Of a stretch of DNA of 64,000 nucleotides, positions 8,858 through 17,117 are shown piece after piece (the stretch's first letter is position 1; every line of letters starts with the position of its first letter). The stretch is taken from NCBI GenBank assembly GCA_037440405.1, contig JBBIUE010000005.1, positions 28,660 to 92,659 of the forward strand, written 5' to 3'. Below the pieces are notes generated by a model that worked only from the letters and a program-made list of their open reading frames with translations, was not told where the DNA came from and made no database searches. Source of the stretch: Pirellula sp. Lineage in GTDB: Bacteria; Planctomycetota; Planctomycetia; Pirellulales; Pirellulaceae. A program made the translations under genes and the position numbers.

Positions 8858-9585
8858 ATGCAGGTTTGGCCCGCGATCGATTTGTTGGATGGCAAATGCG
8901 TTCGTTTAGAGCAAGGCGACTACGAGCGCGATACTGAATTCTCTGCAAATCCGGTTGCGAGCAAGGGGCACGTTGCTTGCACTGTGTCGATCTCAACGGT
9001 GCGCGAAGCGGCAGTTTTATTCACGAGCCGATTCTCCGAGAAATTGCGGCCCGAAGCGAAGGACGTTCGGTACAGCTCGGCGGTGGTGTTCGCAATGAGG
9101 AGTCGATCAAACGGCTCTTGGATTTGGGCCTGAATCGGCTCGTGGTGGGTACCGCAGCACTCCAAGACCCCGAGTGGTTTGCCGCGATGTGCGAAAAGTA
9201 CCGAGGGCATTTGGTTCTTGGCTTGGATGCTCGCGATGGTTTCGTAGCAACTCAAGGCTGGCTTCAAACGTCCAAAACGTCTGCGGTAACGCTTTTACAG
9301 CAGATTCAGCTCTTGACGGATGACGTTGTTGCGGTCGTCTACACCGACATTCATCGAGACGGCATGATGAGTGGGCCGAATCTGGAGGCACTTTCGGCTC
9401 TGGCACGTATTAGTTCTTTCCCCGTGGTTGCCTCCGGGGGAGTTACAACGATGGAGGATATTGTTCACCTACTCGAATTGCGAATCCCCGCCTGCATCAT
9501 TGGTCGATCGTTGTATGAAGGCAGACTCAACCTGAAAGAGGTGCTGAAGACGATTGATGACCGCGATGCTCAACTTGTTTCATGA
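8858..9585 (+). pseudogene. hisA: hisA (ProFAR isomerase) split across two reading frames near nt 8950-8976
   Basis: Frame 2 from ATG 8858 gives [33 protein letters not shown] (the HisA N-terminus with the catalytic Asp in AIDL) and then degenerates. Frame 1 (ORF 8977-9585, open from 8938) gives ..[19 protein letters not shown]...[10 protein letters not shown]...LVVGTAALQDPEW...VYTDIHRDGMMSGPN...VVASGGV...GRSLYEG, which is the rest of HisA. A G4 run at 8965-8968 sits at the junction. Confidence 0.7.
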
Positions 9586-9631
9586 CTCCTGTTCCGCTTG
9601 AAATTCAAGCCTTTTCTACGAGGAAACTACG

Positions 9632-11734
9632 ATGGGCAAAGTTCAGATTGGAAACCTTCGCAACATTGCGTTTTGTGGCCATAGCTACTCTGGCAAGACC
9701 ACGCTGCTCGATCATCTGCTGCTGGTAAGCGGAGCTGCTACGGGCCACCATAGCGTCGATGACGGGACGAGCATTTGCGATTTCGATGCTGAAGAAAAGT
9801 TGCATCACCACACCATCGAAACAAAAGTTGTTCACTGCAAATTTGGGGAAACGCAGTTGACACTGCTTGATACTCCGGGCTACCCCGATTTCGTTGGTCA
9901 CACGATTGAAGCTTTGGCCGCCGCCGATTGCGCGGCGATTTGTGTCAACGCCCATTCTGGAATTGAAGTTAACACGCGGCGAGTCGTTCGAGAGGCTCAG
10001 GAAGCTGGTCTGGCTTGCATGATCGTTTTAACACGACTCGATGGCGATAACATCGACATGGAGAAGTTAATGGAATCGCTCCGCGAAATGTTTGGTCCGG
10101 GCTGCGCGTTGATCAATGTTCCCCGTGGTCTTGGTCCCGACATCCATGGCGTCGATTGCGTATTCGAGGGCGAAGCGCATGGGGACGTTGTCATGGATCG
10201 CAGCCAGTTGTATCAGGAGATCGTCGAACGGATCGTGGAAGCGGACGAAGCGATGATGAACCGCTTCTTCGAGGGAAATTATCCAACTCCAGAAGAAATG
10301 AAGGCCCTTGTTCCCAAGGCAATGGCTGCCGGAACTTTGGTTCCCGTGTTCTGTACGGCGGCCAAAAATGACATCGGCCTCCCGGAATTGCTAGAGGGGC
10401 TCGTTTGGGCGACTCCGTCTCCCGATCACGTTCGGCGCGTCGCCACAGATGAAAACGGGGAAGAGGTTGATATCATTCAGTCCGCTGAAGGACCACTGAT
10501 TGCACGAGTCTTCAAGAATCGCATCGATCCGTTCGTTCAGAAGTTGTCCTTCATTCGCATTTATTCCGGCTACCTTGAAAAGGACATGATGGTTCATATT
10601 CAAGGCGTGAAGAAGGACCTGAAAATACCTCAGATCTTGGAGGTGCAAGCGGGTCAGACGCACCCCATCGAGCGCGCGGAAGCTGGGCAGATCGTTGCTG
10701 TCGCCAAGGTTGAGGACTTGCACATCGGAACGACGCTCGGCAGGTTCTCGCTTCCGAAGATCAAGTTTCCAACACCGATGGTCGGTCAAGCCGTCGCTCC
10801 GAAAGGTCACAGCGATGAGAACAAACTCTTCACCGCTTTGCACAAGCTTGTCGAAGAGGACCCGACCTTAAAGATTGAACGTGACGCTCAAACCAGCCAA
10901 CTGGTGATGACCGGTATGAGCGAAATGCATTTGACGTTCATCCGAGAGCGATTGCAGCATCGCGATCGACTGGAAATCGAAACCTCCGATCCAAAAATTC
11001 CCTTAAGGGAGACCATTCTGCAAACTGCGGAAGGCAGCTATCGCCACAAGAAGCAGTCTGGAGGCCGGGGCCAGTTCGGCGAAGTCCACATGCGGCTCTA
11101 TCCGCTTCCCAAAGGAACGGACATACAGGCCTTTCTGAGCAAAGAGCGATTTCCACATCTGAAGAATCATCACTACGATCCCGACACCAATTTCTTGTGG
11201 GTCGACACGGTCGTCGGTGGAACGATCCCAGGCAACTTCATGCCAGCCGTCGAAAAAGGGGTTCGCGAGCGGATGGTAAAGGGTGTTATCGCAGGCTATC
11301 CAGTGAACGATATTTGCGTCGAAGTCCATTTCGGCAAACATCATCCTGTCGATAGCAGCGAAGCGGCATTTAAGACGGCGGGCGCGATGGCCTTCCGCAA
11401 TATCTTTCGTGAAGCTCATCCCACGCTGCTCGAACCGATTGTCAAGATGGTCGTCACCGTACCGGAATCAAACGTCGGTGACATCTACTCGGATTTGAGT
11501 ACCCGTGGCGGCCGCGTGCATGGCAGCGATTCGGCAGGAGGCGGATTCTTCAGCATCCAGTGCGAAGCTCCATTGCGAGCGGCACTCCACTACGGTCGCG
11601 TCCTCAGCAATATCACCGGTGGCCAAGGCAGCTTCTCGATGGACTTTGACCGCTATGAAATCATGCCGGCCAATGCCCAGCAAGAATTCAAGTCGAAGGC
11701 CGATCTCAAGGACGAGGAAGGAGCCTTGGTGTAG
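9632..11734 (+). CDS. Elongation factor G paralogue with divergent GTPase motifs
   Basis: 700-aa ORF; ATG follows GAGGA. It has a P-loop (GHSYSGKTT), G3 DTPGYPDF (Tyr where translational GTPases have the catalytic His; nt 9881-9883), G4 TRLD instead of NKxD, and domain IV KKQSGGRGQFGEVHMRLYP. Length is full EF-G. Confidence 0.9.
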   Translation: MGKVQIGNLRNIAFCGHSYSGKTTLLDHLLLVSGAATGHHSVDDGTSICDFDAEEKLHHHTIETKVVHCKFGETQLTLLDTPGYPDFVGHTIEALAAADCAAICVNAHSGIEVNTRRVVREAQEAGLACMIVLTRLDGDNIDMEKLMESLREMFGPGCALINVPRGLGPDIHGVDCVFEGEAHGDVVMDRSQLYQEIVERIVEADEAMMNRFFEGNYPTPEEMKALVPKAMAAGTLVPVFCTAAKNDIGLPELLEGLVWATPSPDHVRRVATDENGEEVDIIQSAEGPLIARVFKNRIDPFVQKLSFIRIYSGYLEKDMMVHIQGVKKDLKIPQILEVQAGQTHPIERAEAGQIVAVAKVEDLHIGTTLGRFSLPKIKFPTPMVGQAVAPKGHSDENKLFTALHKLVEEDPTLKIERDAQTSQLVMTGMSEMHLTFIRERLQHRDRLEIETSDPKIPLRETILQTAEGSYRHKKQSGGRGQFGEVHMRLYPLPKGTDIQAFLSKERFPHLKNHHYDPDTNFLWVDTVVGGTIPGNFMPAVEKGVRERMVKGVIAGYPVNDICVEVHFGKHHPVDSSEAAFKTAGAMAFRNIFREAHPTLLEPIVKMVVTVPESNVGDIYSDLSTRGGRVHGSDSAGGGFFSIQCEAPLRAALHYGRVLSNITGGQGSFSMDFDRYEIMPANAQQEFKSKADLKDEEGALV

Positions 11735-11962
11735 AGTTGCTACGAAGCTGACGAGATTTTCTTGTCAAGTTCTCCAAAGAGACGAAGGTGTCGGGAACAC
11801 GGATTGTTTCTCGTTGTTTCCCGGCACCTCATTCGCTGGAGAAAGCACATTCCGTCCGCCGATGTCCTTGCGTGTACCAGTATCGTAGAGCCGATCGACA
11901 AGACCATGCGATGGAACGCCATCATCGAAGCAGTTCAGAACTCAATATGACTCAAGTCATCT

Positions 11963-12583
11963 GTGATTCGGGTCTCGGCCAAAATACCAATCGTCAAACT
12001 TTCGAGGAATCTTCCTGAAGTGACTCCCAAATTCTTCAAGAAGGCATCCGACTTCCGAGCTTGGCTTGACTTAAACCACGCGACCAAAAACGAGTTGCTG
12101 GTTGGTTTTTGTAAGGTTGGTTCAGGCAAGCCGAGTATGACGTGGTCGGAGTCCGTCGACGAGGCACTGTGCTTTGGATGGATCGATGGTGTCCGAAAGC
12201 GAATCGATGATGAATCGTATTCCATCCGTTTTACGCCGCGACGAGTAGGTTCAATCTGGAGTCGCGTCAATATTGCGAAGGTCGAGCAATTGATCGCTCA
12301 GAATCGAATGCGACCAGCGGGACTCGCCGCCTTCGAGGCTCGGAGCAGCAAGAAGACCGGCGTTTACTCCTTCGAGCAGGAACATAAGATCGAGCTTAGC
12401 GATTCGGAGCTAATTGAGTTCCAGAGAAATAAGGCTGCGTGGCGATTTTTCGATACGACTCCACCAAGCTACAAAAAGACGATCATCTACTGGATCGTCA
12501 GTGCAAAGCGACCAGCCACGCGAACTCGCCGCCTTGAGGAGCTCATACAGGCCTGCTCCGAGCACAGACGCCTTTTGAAGTAG
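11963..12583 (+). CDS. YdeI/OmpD-associated (DUF1801-like) family protein
   Basis: 206-aa ORF. FRAWLDLNHATKNELLVGFCKVGSGKPSMTWSESVDEALCFGWIDGVRKRIDDESYSIRFTPRR..S.WS..N and the C-terminal SYKKTIIYWIVSAKRPATRTRRLEELI match the family pattern. The exact start is uncertain. Confidence 0.75.
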   Translation: MIRVSAKIPIVKLSRNLPEVTPKFFKKASDFRAWLDLNHATKNELLVGFCKVGSGKPSMTWSESVDEALCFGWIDGVRKRIDDESYSIRFTPRRVGSIWSRVNIAKVEQLIAQNRMRPAGLAAFEARSSKKTGVYSFEQEHKIELSDSELIEFQRNKAAWRFFDTTPPSYKKTIIYWIVSAKRPATRTRRLEELIQACSEHRRLLK

Positions 12584-12814
12584 TGTTAACCTTTCGCAAA
12601 CTTGGAGGATCGACTACGAATCAAATCGCATTCGTACGTTCCGCAATGCGAATGTTGATGCTGGCATGTCGAAGCTGGATCGCCATGCACGCTCAAAATT
12701 TCATCAGCAAAGATCATGGAATTGCGGAACGGATACCTTCCACGGCATATCGAGTGATCAACGGTTGCGCAGCATTGAAACAGGCAGCAAACGTTCCGCA
12801 GAAGCCAGAGCGAA

Positions 12815-14245
12815 CTACTTCGGTTGCGCTTTCGTCGCCTTCTTGGGTTCGGTTTTTGGCATCACGGTTTTGCTACGCTTGGGAAATGGTGCCGACTCGA
12901 CCCAATCAGGGATACCACCGGCAGCCTCGATTTCGGTCATCGACAGAACAGTGAGTCCTGGAAGAAGAGAGTTGCATTTCTTGACGATAGCGCGATGGCG
13001 ACTGGGATCGACTATCAGAGCACATGGGAAGTGGCGCTCGGCGGCCCGGTGGGTATACCGAATCTCTTCGATATTCTGAACCAAGTTCGACGACGCGCGA
13101 TCGCGAGCCATTCGAGCTTCAACTTCCGGTGCCAAAATCAAACCTCGAACGAAATCCGTGTCTCGACGAAACCGAGCACACAACCAGTTGGCAAGTACCA
13201 ATCGGCAGTTGGCAATCGTTTCGTCAAGTTGGTCGGCTGCGTCCCAGTTATACTTCAAAGTGGATAGGATTTGCTGAACTGGGCGAACGGTGCAGCGATC
13301 CTCGACCAACTGATGGAAAACAGTGTGGACATTCGCCACGGTCGAGCTGCGATCAATGACGTCTTCGATCAGTGAAGGGCAAATCAACCGTGTTTGTTGA
13401 ACAAGTTTGACCGTTTGATCGAACGTGTAGAATCGAGCTAAGTGTCGGACGAGGAGTGACCGGAAAAACGAGAAGAAATACTCGGACGAAGACATCGTTG
13501 GTACGTTGCGACCTTCCGAAGTAACTTCAACCGACTCGTCGATGAAAAAGCCCGGAGCCATCCAAATCGCATCGCGAGTTTCATGAATGCAAGCAGAAGA
13601 ATCCTCGCTGAGATCGCACTCTTCCAGCAAAGCAAAAGCGAATTTCTGTCTGGGAGGAAAATAACCAGCACCCAATTCAAGCGCATGCCAACGAAAATGC
13701 GCTGCGTGGGGAGAAATCTCCTCACACTCATGGATGCGGATGGCAGGGAGAGAAAATCCGTATTCGTCGGAGAGTTGGTGTCGAATCTTTGCTAAACGTG
13801 TGGGAAGCGATACTGCGCCATCTCGAAGGCGTGCGAACAACTCTGTTCCAAGCATTAACTCCATCTGACGATTGTCGCGGACAGCGGCCGGTTCAGGTTC
13901 TGCTTCCGTGGAATCCGCAACGTTTTCGGTCGAAGTCGGTTCGACATCGGAAAACAAAGGCTCTAGACTCTCGTCAGAACAGGAAATGGAAACGACCTGG
14001 GGAAAGAGAACGATTGTTTCTTTTCCCCCTCCAGGCTTCCTGCGATTGCGTTCTTCTTCTCTCATGGAAGAGTACCAATTGCTCTCGTCGTAGTCGTCGA
14101 GTCGCTCAGCATCCGTCATGCAGATGCCGCCATCGACCAAACCAACCAGACGACCGATAAATCGATGGCCGCCAAAGGTGAATACGGTAACGCACCGACC
14201 TACATAGCGTTTGAGGGTCTTGTCTAAGTCTTCTGACAGATACAC
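12815..14245 (-). CDS. Soluble FlhA/SctV C-terminal (FHIPEP cytoplasmic) domain homologue with LSm-like N-terminal domain
   Basis: 476-aa ORF with a GTG start. aa ~10-50 (LKRYVGRCVTVFTFGGHRFIGRLVGLVDGGICMTDAERL) are Sm-like, followed by an acidic linker. aa ~128-450 are colinear with FlhA-C blocks: RLAKIRHQLSDEYGFSLPAIRIHECEEISPHAAHFRWHALELGAGY; VHTVFHQLVEDRCTVRPVQQILSTL; ALIVDPSRHRAIVKKCNSLLPGLTVLSMTEI. No hydrophobic TM segment is present. The tail is Lys-rich. Confidence 0.75.
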   Translation of the reverse strand: MYLSEDLDKTLKRYVGRCVTVFTFGGHRFIGRLVGLVDGGICMTDAERLDDYDESNWYSSMREEERNRRKPGGGKETIVLFPQVVSISCSDESLEPLFSDVEPTSTENVADSTEAEPEPAAVRDNRQMELMLGTELFARLRDGAVSLPTRLAKIRHQLSDEYGFSLPAIRIHECEEISPHAAHFRWHALELGAGYFPPRQKFAFALLEECDLSEDSSACIHETRDAIWMAPGFFIDESVEVTSEGRNVPTMSSSEYFFSFFRSLLVRHLARFYTFDQTVKLVQQTRLICPSLIEDVIDRSSTVANVHTVFHQLVEDRCTVRPVQQILSTLKYNWDAADQLDETIANCRLVLANWLCARFRRDTDFVRGLILAPEVEARMARDRASSNLVQNIEEIRYTHRAAERHFPCALIVDPSRHRAIVKKCNSLLPGLTVLSMTEIEAAGGIPDWVESAPFPKRSKTVMPKTEPKKATKAQPK

Positions 14246-14526
14246 GTTACGTCCTTTCGGCCAGCCTAACCACTTTCGTGTCTACATACTTCCTCATATC
14301 ATGATACACAAAAGGGGAGATTCGGTTCGGCCACGCTTGCGAAGAATTCTGCAAAACGCGCATGCATCGCTAGGCAGGGCAGCGAGCATTTTAGGCAATT
14401 TGCTTATCGGAGGTTCCCAGCAGGCTTCCAAGTTGGTAGCCTGAGAGAGAAGTATGTTGTCGTTCTCTCTGCCAGCCTGTTGGCTGTTTCCATCACAAGA
14501 GCCTGCTTGTCACGACTGGATGCTCA

Positions 14527-15384
14527 ATGTCATTGCAAATCTACATCTCTGGTCAATTCTACAGCAAGGAAGATGCGAAGATCAGCGTTTACGATCACGG
14601 CTTGCTGTATGGCGACGGAGTATTTGAGGGAATGCGTTCGTACTCCGGTAAGGTCTTTCGACTCCGAGAGCACTTGATCCGTCTTTACGAATCGGCAAGG
14701 GCGATCTATCTCCAAATTCCGATCGAACTTGAGGCGCTAGGTGAAGCTGTCAATGAAACGCTGCGGCGGAATTCACTTTCGGATGCTTACATTCGACTGG
14801 TGGTGACTCGTGGTGCTGGAAGTTTAGGGCTGGATCCCAATCGAACCAGCGATCCGCAAGTGATTATTATCGCCGATCATATCGCGTTGTATCCTCAAGA
14901 GTACTATGACCGGGGGTTGGAAATCGTTACGGCCAGTACGATACGCAGCCATCCCAACGCGATGAATCCTCGCGTCAAGTCGCTGAACTATTTGAATAAT
15001 ATCATGGCCAAAGTCGAGGGATTGCAGGCTGGATGCATCGAGGCCCTGATGTTGAATCACAAAGGCGAGGTTGCCGAATGCACGGGAGACAATATCTTCA
15101 TTGTTCGCAGAGGCGAACTGTTGACGCCTCCGGCTGATGCCGGGATTTTGGAAGGTATCACTCGTGGAGCGATCTTGGAGCTGGCGTCCGAGCTCGGAAT
15201 CTCTGCGATTGAAAGGACACTCACCCGACATGATGTCTATGTCGCCGAAGAGTGTTTCCTGACGGGCAGCGCCGCCGAGGTCATTCCAGTAGTCAAAGTC
15301 GATGGACGAGCGATCGGTAATGGCGCTGTTGGTCCAACGACGAAGCAATTGATGGCGGCATTCAAGAGGTTCGTGCATTCTTGA
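14527..15384 (+). CDS. ilvE: Branched-chain amino acid aminotransferase (class IV)
   Basis: 285-aa ORF. ISVYDHGLLYGDGVFEGMRSYSGKVFRLREHLIRLYESA plus NYLNNIMAK and LTPP...ILEGITR are typical of IlvE. D-amino-acid aminotransferase cannot be fully excluded. Confidence 0.85.
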   Translation: MSLQIYISGQFYSKEDAKISVYDHGLLYGDGVFEGMRSYSGKVFRLREHLIRLYESARAIYLQIPIELEALGEAVNETLRRNSLSDAYIRLVVTRGAGSLGLDPNRTSDPQVIIIADHIALYPQEYYDRGLEIVTASTIRSHPNAMNPRVKSLNYLNNIMAKVEGLQAGCIEALMLNHKGEVAECTGDNIFIVRRGELLTPPADAGILEGITRGAILELASELGISAIERTLTRHDVYVAEECFLTGSAAEVIPVVKVDGRAIGNGAVGPTTKQLMAAFKRFVHS

Positions 15385-16178
15385 AAGATTGGTTTGCGAT
15401 GGCTTCCTGCCGATTTGACAAGTTGGTCATTGCTTTTCTCGCGATTGTTGCAACAGTCGTGCCTCCTCTCTCCGCTCAGCAAGCGTCGGCAACTGCCATC
15501 GTCGGAAACGAAACGGATGCACCGATCCCAAAACCGAAGACTCGTTACCTGGGACGCACCATCGCGCCCACCATGAGTTTTGAAGGTGCTTGGTGGCTAA
15601 TCCGAGGTACGCGAGATCAGGAAGAGAATCCGGAGGCCATGGTTGAGCAACTGAAACTGAAACCAGGCATGACGGTTTGTGACCTCGGATGTGGAAACGG
15701 CTTCCACACAATTCCCATGTCAAAAATCGTGGGGAAAGATGGAAAAGTGTATGCTGTCGATGTCCAGCCGGAGATGCTGGAAATGTTATCTCGGCGAATC
15801 GACGAGGAAAGAATCGAAAATATTGAGCTTCTACTTGGTAGCGTTATCGATCCCAAACTTCCCGAAGGAGAGCTGGACCTAGTGCTGATGGTCGATGTTT
15901 ACCATGAGTTTTCCCATCCCGATTTGATGCTTTCGAGAATCCGCAAGTCCTTAAAGCCGGATGGAGTGGTTGCACTCGTCGAGTTCCGAGGAGAAGATCC
16001 CACCGTTCCCATTCTACCTCTTCACAAGATGACCAAAAAACAAATCCATCGTGAGTACAATGCGAATGGGTTCAAGTTGCGATCTGAGTTCGATGGACTA
16101 CCGATCCAACACCTCATGTTTTTTGAAATCGATGACACCTGGACTTCTGAGGAAGATGGGGCCAGCGTGAAAAAATAG
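15381..16178 (+). CDS. Class I SAM-dependent methyltransferase with N-terminal signal-like segment
   Basis: VCDLGCGNGFHTIPMSKIVGKDGKVYAVDVQPEML (motif I/post-I) and LVLMVDVYHEF. The N-terminal hydrophobic stretch is LVIAFLAIVATVVPPLSAQQASA. The likely real start is ATG 15399 (MASCRF...); 15381 is a TTG overlapping the ilvE stop. Confidence 0.8.
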   Translation: MKDWFAMASCRFDKLVIAFLAIVATVVPPLSAQQASATAIVGNETDAPIPKPKTRYLGRTIAPTMSFEGAWWLIRGTRDQEENPEAMVEQLKLKPGMTVCDLGCGNGFHTIPMSKIVGKDGKVYAVDVQPEMLEMLSRRIDEERIENIELLLGSVIDPKLPEGELDLVLMVDVYHEFSHPDLMLSRIRKSLKPDGVVALVEFRGEDPTVPILPLHKMTKKQIHREYNANGFKLRSEFDGLPIQHLMFFEIDDTWTSEEDGASVKK

Positions 16179-16219
16179 TCTCTCGGTGTTTCTGCTTTCC
16201 GTTCACTTGGAATTAAGTT

Positions 16220-17050
16220 ATGAACCGCGTCGCATTCGTCAGTCTATTGTTATCCATTGCTTTTTTTTCTGCGAAGTCCGATGTGCATGGCCAGGAATGG
16301 GCAAAGAAACGCCTTGAGGAGTCACCGCGACACCAGGAATGGGTTGAGCTTTCGCATGGCAATCGCAAGGTGCAGTCGTTTGTGATGTACCCCGAGGTGA
16401 AGGACAAAGCTCCCGCTGTGATCGTGATTCACGAAATTTTTGGCTTGTCCGAGTGGGTCAAGAGCATGTGCGATCAGTTCGCCGAGATCGGATGTATTGC
16501 GATTGCACCGGACTTGATCTCGGGCATGGGAAAGGATGGTGGTGGCACCGAGTCGTTTGAAGGTCGCGAAATGACTCGCGCCGTATCGACTCTGCCACCC
16601 GATCAAGTTACGGCGGATTTGAATGCTGCTTATGAATACCTATCCGACTTGCCGGCGTGCAATGGAAAGGTAATCGTTGCGGGATTCTGCTGGGGAGGAA
16701 CGCAGTCCTTTCGCTATGCCGCGAACAACTCCAAGCTAAAAGCAGCGATGGTCTTTTACGGTTCGGGACCGGACGACAAGGAGGCGATCGAGCGAATTGC
16801 GTGCCCAATCCTTGGCTTCTATGGCGAGAACGACAATCGAGTCAATGCAACTATCGAACGCTCGAAAGATCTGATGCAAGCTGCTGGTAAGCAATATGAT
16901 CCAGTGATTTATCCGGGTGCCGGTCACGGATTCATGAGAGCCGGAGAAGAACCCGAGGCCAATGTCGCTGACAAGACCATGTATGCTGCAAATCGAGACG
17001 GCAGGAAAGCTGCATGGGACAGGATTCGAACGTATCTTGGTTCCCTTTGA
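16220..17050 (+). CDS. Dienelactone hydrolase family protein (secreted)
   Basis: 276-aa ORF with signal peptide MNRVAFVSLLLSIAFFSAKSDVHG. Motifs are PAVIVIHEIFGL, IAPDL, GFCWGG (nucleophile Cys) and YPGAGHGF. Confidence 0.85.
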   Translation: MNRVAFVSLLLSIAFFSAKSDVHGQEWAKKRLEESPRHQEWVELSHGNRKVQSFVMYPEVKDKAPAVIVIHEIFGLSEWVKSMCDQFAEIGCIAIAPDLISGMGKDGGGTESFEGREMTRAVSTLPPDQVTADLNAAYEYLSDLPACNGKVIVAGFCWGGTQSFRYAANNSKLKAAMVFYGSGPDDKEAIERIACPILGFYGENDNRVNATIERSKDLMQAAGKQYDPVIYPGAGHGFMRAGEEPEANVADKTMYAANRDGRKAAWDRIRTYLGSL

Positions 17051-17117
17051 GAACGTCCCCGTACACATCGCTTATCGCTTTTTCCCACCCAACTTGCCTT
17101 CCAATTTGAATGTCGCC

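Noticed and set aside
9585-9631. GCTTGAA-A-TTCAAGC palindrome followed by CTTTTCT, considered as a terminator between hisA and the EF-G gene
   Set aside because: The loop would be too small. The effective stem is ~5 bp and AT-rich, with only a short T-tract. That is not convincing.
16962-17117. ORF-track N-terminal extensions of the giant gene (from 16962) and of the DUF1501 gene (38394-38525)
   Set aside because: Both extensions overlap the preceding gene's coding region and precede a clean Met + signal/Tat peptide. Internal ATGs (17118 and 38393) fit better.
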